IMG/VR virus record: IMGVR_UViG_3300021164_000915
Direction: 5' to 3' (one strand)
Length of the DNA: 20,000 nucleotides
Source of the DNA: an uncultured virus (IMG/VR IMGVR_UViG_3300021164_000915)
Taxonomy: Duplodnaviria > Heunggongvirae > Uroviricota > Caudoviricetes
Part shown: positions 16,107 to 20,000 of the stretch, one piece after another
How the letters are laid out: each line of letters starts with the position of its first letter
How positions within the stretch are numbered: position 1 is the first letter of the stretch
Notes under the pieces: generated by a model
The model's database searches: none
The model's input: only the letters and a program-made list of their open reading frames with translations
Told to the model about the DNA's origin: nothing
Position numbers and translations under genes: made by a program

Positions 16107-16661
16107 ATGAATTTTATACACGAGCATGTAGCTATTTGTGACATAAAGGACGACATTGATTTTAAAAAAGTCTTTGATTGTTTTAATAATCTTGATGAAA
16201 AGTTTTTGTCTGTAAACCACAGAACTCAACTGACAATGAAGATAGACTTTCACTCAGATGAATTTATATCTGAAGATCAGATGTATCTAAAGCAGTTAGT
16301 GAAAAATAAAGTTCACCCATTAGTATATGATTTTATGGGTAAAGTAGGGGTGGATAAAAATACATACTCTCATTTTCCAAATATTCTTGCATCAAAGATG
16401 ATGCCAGGTAGTGAGATGGGATCACACTTCGATCCCGAAGATGCAGTTGTATATTTATTGTATTTAAATGAAGGGTTTGAAGGTGGAGATTTAGTGTTTG
16501 ATGATTTGGATATAACCTTTAGCCCCACAGCGGGAAAGCTATTTATATTTTATAGCAAGTACAAGCATCACGTAACAATGCTTAGCGGTAAAGAAAGATA
16601 TACCCTAAGCTCAGGGTTTGCCCCAAAAGAATTCCTTGTAGACTTTAAGCCTTCAAGCTAA
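16107..16661 (+). CDS. 2OG-Fe(II) oxygenase (prolyl-4-hydroxylase-like)
   Basis: GSEMGSHFD (HxD), 'LLYLNEGFEGGDLVF', 'PTAGKLFIF', KHHV (His) and GKERYTL (Arg). Start moved from 16044, which lies inside tRNA-Lys, to 16107. Confidence 0.88.
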   Translation: MNFIHEHVAICDIKDDIDFKKVFDCFNNLDEKFLSVNHRTQLTMKIDFHSDEFISEDQMYLKQLVKNKVHPLVYDFMGKVGVDKNTYSHFPNILASKMMPGSEMGSHFDPEDAVVYLLYLNEGFEGGDLVFDDLDITFSPTAGKLFIFYSKYKHHVTMLSGKERYTLSSGFAPKEFLVDFKPSS

Positions 16662-16672
16662 TTAAATAACAG

Positions 16673-16682
16673 TATAATGGAG
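16673..16682 (+). promoter_or_regulatory. TATAAT -10 element and/or GGAG SD upstream of ORF 16687
   Basis: TATAAT at 16673-16678, 8 nt before the ATG. GGAG at 16679-16682. No clear -35. Confidence 0.45.
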
Positions 16683-16686
16683 TACA

Positions 16687-17433
16687 ATGAAAAATATATT
16701 AATACTAGGTGATTCCCACGCAACAAGACTAGGGTACTCTTCTATGGATTGGTTCTCAAGCAATGTAGAGTCGGGAACAGTAGTTCATTCTAATTCACAC
16801 TATGAAACCAAGGCCCCAGATGAGAATGGCTTTCCTGTATTTATGAAAGATGTTTTAATAGGGTATCAAGATGACACTTCAAGGATATTAATGTCTGGTC
16901 ATTCTGGCAGGTCCGCATATAGTTATGATTTTTTAAACTTTGCAAGCGGTACCCAAAAACCAATATTAGAAAAATGGAACGTAGAAGGTAATATTTTTAT
17001 ACCTTGGCTCGGATACATAGACTGCAGAAATCATCTTCCAAATAAAGAATTAAAAAATTATGTTGGAGCGAAAGAAGTTGTTTCAAAATATATAGATAAT
17101 GTCATAAAACATTTTGACAAATGTAAGGTTGTTTTTATGGAGCCAGTCCCACAATTTATAACAATTGTGACAAGTAGCTGGAGGTTTCCAGAGCTGGATC
17201 CAGACTTTGAATTTGAAGAAAGGCATGAGCAGTATTTAAATTTTGTTGAAGAATTAAAGATACAGTGTGCTGAAAGAGGCCTGCCAGATCCTATAAACAC
17301 TAGAGAAATTCTTGGAACAGATATGGTTGAGTCCTGGATGCAGCCCAAAGACAGCCTACATAACTATTTAAATGATCATATGAAGCAAGAGCATTATGAC
17401 AAGATTTTATCTTACATTTACAACAAGTTTTAA
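16687..17433 (+). CDS. SGNH/GDSL-like hydrolase or acyltransferase
   Basis: N-terminal ILILGDSH (block I Ser), WLGYIDCR (block III-like), VVFMEPVP, and C-terminal LNDHM. Confidence 0.65.
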   Translation: MKNILILGDSHATRLGYSSMDWFSSNVESGTVVHSNSHYETKAPDENGFPVFMKDVLIGYQDDTSRILMSGHSGRSAYSYDFLNFASGTQKPILEKWNVEGNIFIPWLGYIDCRNHLPNKELKNYVGAKEVVSKYIDNVIKHFDKCKVVFMEPVPQFITIVTSSWRFPELDPDFEFEERHEQYLNFVEELKIQCAERGLPDPINTREILGTDMVESWMQPKDSLHNYLNDHMKQEHYDKILSYIYNKF

Positions 17434-17440
17434 TTTTTTT

Positions 17441-17488
17441 TGGTATACTAGGATCAGTATACTTTATAAACATATAATCGATTAGGAG
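17441..17488 (+). promoter_or_regulatory. Promoter region of the CHAP gene: extended -10 with overlapping inverted repeat, and SD
   Basis: TGG-TATACT (17441-17449). GTATACT/AGTATAC inverted repeat (17443-17462). A further TATAAT at 17473-17478 and SD AGGAG at 17484-17488. Confidence 0.55.
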
Positions 17489-17495
17489 AAATAAA

Positions 17496-18083
17496 ATGGC
17501 AGCAGCACAAGGTACGGCAGCAAGATTAGTAGAAGTAGCATTAGCAGAGGTTGGAACCATTGAGGGTCCAAAGGATAATGAAACAAAATATGGAAAGTTT
17601 GCAAAGGCTAATTTCCAACCATGGTGCGGAAGTTTCGTTAACTGGTGTGGGTCAGAATCTGGCGTAAAGATTCCCAACACTGTCTATACTCCAGCAGGAG
17701 CACAGGCATTTATTAAAGCAGGAGCTTGGCAGATGGCAGAAGTAGCAACACCAGAGGTTGGAGACATTGCCTATTTTGATTTCCCATCAGATGGTGTTGA
17801 CAGAATTTCTCACGTAGGAATTGTTGTTGCAGTAAATGCAGACGGCACAGTAGATGTTGTAGAAGGAAACACTTCTTCAGATAAGAAGGGCGATCAAAGA
17901 AATGGCGGAGAATGCTGCCTTAAGAATCGTGCTTACAAAAAGAAGAATGGTTCAAAGCTTCGTAGAAGCCAGACCGTGGCAATAGTTGGATTTGGTCGCC
18001 CATCATTTGGTGCGCCAGTTAAAAAAGTAGCGCCTGCAAAGAAGGCGGCTCCAGTAAAGAAAGCTGCAGTAAAGAAGAAGTAA
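17496..18083 (+). CDS. CHAP-domain peptidoglycan amidase/endopeptidase (endolysin candidate) with Lys/Ala-rich tail
   Basis: A..EVGTIEGPKDNETKYG, QPWCGSFVNW (Cys), PEVGDIAYFD, SHVGIV (His), VEGNTS, IVGFGRP, and tail APVKKVAPAKKAAPVKKAAVKKK. Confidence 0.9.
   Translation: MAAAQGTAARLVEVALAEVGTIEGPKDNETKYGKFAKANFQPWCGSFVNWCGSESGVKIPNTVYTPAGAQAFIKAGAWQMAEVATPEVGDIAYFDFPSDGVDRISHVGIVVAVNADGTVDVVEGNTSSDKKGDQRNGGECCLKNRAYKKKNGSKLRRSQTVAIVGFGRPSFGAPVKKVAPAKKAAPVKKAAVKKK
18012..18080 (+). repeat. Degenerate 18-nt tandem repeat encoding histone-H1-like AP(V/A)KK(A/V) units
   Basis: GCGCCAGTTAAAAAAGTA / GCGCCTGCAAAGAAGGCG / GCTCCAGTAAAGAAAGCT / GCAGTAAAGAAGAAG. Confidence 0.75.
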
Positions 18084-18490
18084 TGTACGAGTATTATGTT
18101 AAAAAAGTAGAGGCTGTGGTTGATGGGGATACAATTGATGTCCTCATCGACCTAGGCTTTGATATATTATTTGCATCAAGAGTCAGGCTTGCTGGCATTG
18201 ACACACCAGAGTCACGAACAAAAGATCTGGCAGAGAAAAAGTTAGGACTTGAAGCAAAAGAATACCTTAAGTCTAAGCTAAAAGATGCTAAGAATGTTAA
18301 GATAAAAACTGAAAAGATGGACTCCTCAGAAAAGTATGGAAGAATACTTGGATGGCTATTTATTGATGATCAAACCATATCTATAAATGAGCAGATGATT
18401 ACGGACGGGCATGCTTGGGGATACCTAGGAGATACTAAAGTAAAAGACTTTGATGCTTTGGCTAAAGCGAGGAAAAAGAGCGGTAAGTAA
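18083..18490 (+). CDS. Thermonuclease (staphylococcal nuclease, SNase-like)
   Basis: VVDGDTIDV, RVRLAGIDTPES, EKYGRILG, INEQMITDGHA. TAATG coupling to the upstream gene and no signal peptide. Confidence 0.93.
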   Translation: MYEYYVKKVEAVVDGDTIDVLIDLGFDILFASRVRLAGIDTPESRTKDLAEKKLGLEAKEYLKSKLKDAKNVKIKTEKMDSSEKYGRILGWLFIDDQTISINEQMITDGHAWGYLGDTKVKDFDALAKARKKSGK

Positions 18491-18678
18491 TGCCAGTATA
18501 CGAATATAAGTGCTCATATGATGATGCACACGCAACAATGTCAGTACACAGATCGATTAAAGACGACGATCCAGGATACACATGCGTAGAATGCGAATCA
18601 GAAATGATAAGATTCTTTACGCCATTTGGTATACAGTTTAAGGGCAATGGCTTTTATAAAACAGATAATCCAAAATGA
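18490..18678 (+). CDS. FmdB-family zinc-ribbon regulatory protein
   Basis: MPVYEYKC...CVEC...IQFKGNGFYKTD signature. Confidence 0.9.
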   Translation: MPVYEYKCSYDDAHATMSVHRSIKDDDPGYTCVECESEMIRFFTPFGIQFKGNGFYKTDNPK

Positions 18679-19589
18679 TAAATTCACCACTATTTAGAAT
18701 ATTTAACAACCGATTAATACATCCTCGTTTAAAGCAGCCTGTAATGAGAAGCCCTAATGATGTAGTTGAAATTTTATATAGGACAAACAGTCTTGGTTTT
18801 CGTGGAGATGATTTTGATGTAAATAATGAGATGTTATTTCTTGGGTGCTCCCATACATATGGTGATGGATTGATGGAAGAAGACATATGGCCAAGCTTAG
18901 TAGCAAAAAAAATGAATTTAAAATTTTCTAATTTAGCAGAAGGTGGCGATTCTGCAATTGGACAAGTAATAAAAGCATTTCAATATTTTGAAACCTTCGG
19001 GAACCCTAAAATAATTGTAGCCCTATTCCCAAGCAATAGAATGCCAGTGCCATATGTTTCAGGAAAAATGCAAAAAGGAGATAATCCTAGACAAAGAATA
19101 ATGGTAAAAGATCCCAGAAGCACTTCAATTGAAGTTGCATTAATTACAGAGCCTTATGCTCAATACTCAAAAGCGCCTCATGACCCAGAGTATATTCTTA
19201 CAGAAGAAATGGCATTTTTTTACGAACAAAATCTTATAGACATGTTAAGGGTGTATTGCAATATGCTTAACATTAAGCTTGTTTGGAGTAATTGGGAGCC
19301 AGAGTATCAAGATTTATATTATGAAGAGATAAATAAATATTATCCAGACCACCATAAAGAGTATTGCTTTATAGATGAATTTGGATGGAATCACACAAGG
19401 CCAAAAGGCAGCTTAGATATTTTTAGAGATCCAGGTGTCCTTAGTTGTCATAAAGAGCATAGCGATCATCCGTTATTTTATCAAGCAGCTGATAGTAAAG
19501 ATGGAAGATTCCCTCATTGGGGAACTCATAAACATATCCACATTGCAGAAGCTTTTCTTGAACACATTGAATCGATTAGTTTAAACTAA
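18675..19589 (+). CDS. SGNH-like hydrolase/acyltransferase-fold protein
   Basis: YRTNSLGFRG, LFLGCSHTYGDG, WPSLVA, NLAEGGDS, and C-terminal DGRFPHWGTHKH..IAE. Confidence 0.7.
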   Translation: MINSPLFRIFNNRLIHPRLKQPVMRSPNDVVEILYRTNSLGFRGDDFDVNNEMLFLGCSHTYGDGLMEEDIWPSLVAKKMNLKFSNLAEGGDSAIGQVIKAFQYFETFGNPKIIVALFPSNRMPVPYVSGKMQKGDNPRQRIMVKDPRSTSIEVALITEPYAQYSKAPHDPEYILTEEMAFFYEQNLIDMLRVYCNMLNIKLVWSNWEPEYQDLYYEEINKYYPDHHKEYCFIDEFGWNHTRPKGSLDIFRDPGVLSCHKEHSDHPLFYQAADSKDGRFPHWGTHKHIHIAEAFLEHIESISLN

Positions 19590-19594
19590 CATTC

Positions 19595-19603
19595 TGCTAT
19601 AAT
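19595..19603 (+). promoter_or_regulatory. Extended -10 promoter (TGC-TATAAT)
   Basis: TG-n-TATAAT just after the upstream stop and 43 nt before the TTG start. Confidence 0.6.
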
Positions 19604-19646
19604 TAATAGGTAAGCAAAAATATTGCATTACTTAGGGGATCCTTAG

Positions 19647-20000
19647 TTGACTAAAAAGTTAAGAATATTTACAGCCTTCCTACTCTCAGTTGGTTGGCTT
19701 TTTGCTGGTCCCTCCCAAGCTAATGCTGCAGACACACTAATAAACGGATCCTTCTCGTCAACTGGCGGAGGATGGTCTGGAGCAAATATTACTGGGACTG
19801 TAAATAATAATGATGCCTGCGCTGATTCTGGACCAAGCCTTGGAGTTTGGCAAGAGAATGCTTTAGCTATGTCATACGGCACAAACAGGCCAGTCACACA
19901 AGTAGTAGTAATATCTCAACCTTCATCTGTAGTATTTACAGTAAATGCTCGGAACAGATCAGATGTTCCTGGGGCACAAGCAACAATTAGACTTCAAGAC
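19647..20000 (+). CDS. Secreted/surface protein with Sec signal peptide (partial, runs off the window), absent from ORF track
   Basis: SD AGGGGA (19634-19639) followed by TTG at 19647. MTKKLRIFTAFLLSVGWLFAGPSQANA|ADTLINGSFSSTGGGWSG... has basic n-region, hydrophobic h-region and an A-N-A cleavage site. Open for 118 codons to the end of the window. Confidence 0.82.
   Translation, partial: MTKKLRIFTAFLLSVGWLFAGPSQANAADTLINGSFSSTGGGWSGANITGTVNNNDACADSGPSLGVWQENALAMSYGTNRPVTQVVVISQPSSVVFTVNARNRSDVPGAQATIRLQD

Noticed and set aside
16..19897. All minus-strand ORFs in the track (e.g. 16-267, 2827-3099, 14421-14672, 17300-17680, 19643-19897)
   Set aside because: They are antisense shadows of well-supported + strand genes or tRNAs and show no motifs.
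1..20000. Stop-codon reassignment
   Set aside because: TAA, TGA and TAG (e.g. 6911, 10430, 11619) all end genes at sensible positions, coding density is high in the standard code, and there is no suppressor tRNA.

Overview
This is an AT-rich segment of a large tailed dsDNA phage (Caudoviricetes) genome, with every supported gene on the + strand. Gene content and leaderless promoters suggest an actinobacterial host, probably a low-GC freshwater type (inference). 1) Positions 68-10430 carry a replication/recombination block: gp32-like SSB, DnaE-type polymerase, MazG-like NTP pyrophosphatase, RecA, Hjc-like nuclease, solo Cas4-like exonuclease, RuvC-like resolvase and an Nmad1-like protein. 2) Positions 10458-13653 carry a packaging block: an HTH/terminase-small candidate and the large terminase, split by a 2OG-Fe(II) oxygenase, with no portal following. 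3) Positions 13646-20000 are an accessory block: a 30-aa basic micro-ORF, a NodU/CmcH carbamoyltransferase, a sulfotransferase-like protein, three tRNAs packed 1 nt apart (CAU, Arg-UCU, Lys-UUU), a 2OG oxygenase, two SGNH-like proteins, a CHAP amidase with a PAKK tail, a thermonuclease, an FmdB zinc ribbon, and a TTG-initiated secreted protein running off the window. Four genes missing from the ORF track were found (7915, 9961, 13646, 19647) and several starts were corrected. The best candidate for an undescribed system is the tailoring-enzyme set built around the carbamoyltransferase and its micro-ORF. All family calls come from motif recognition, not database searches.
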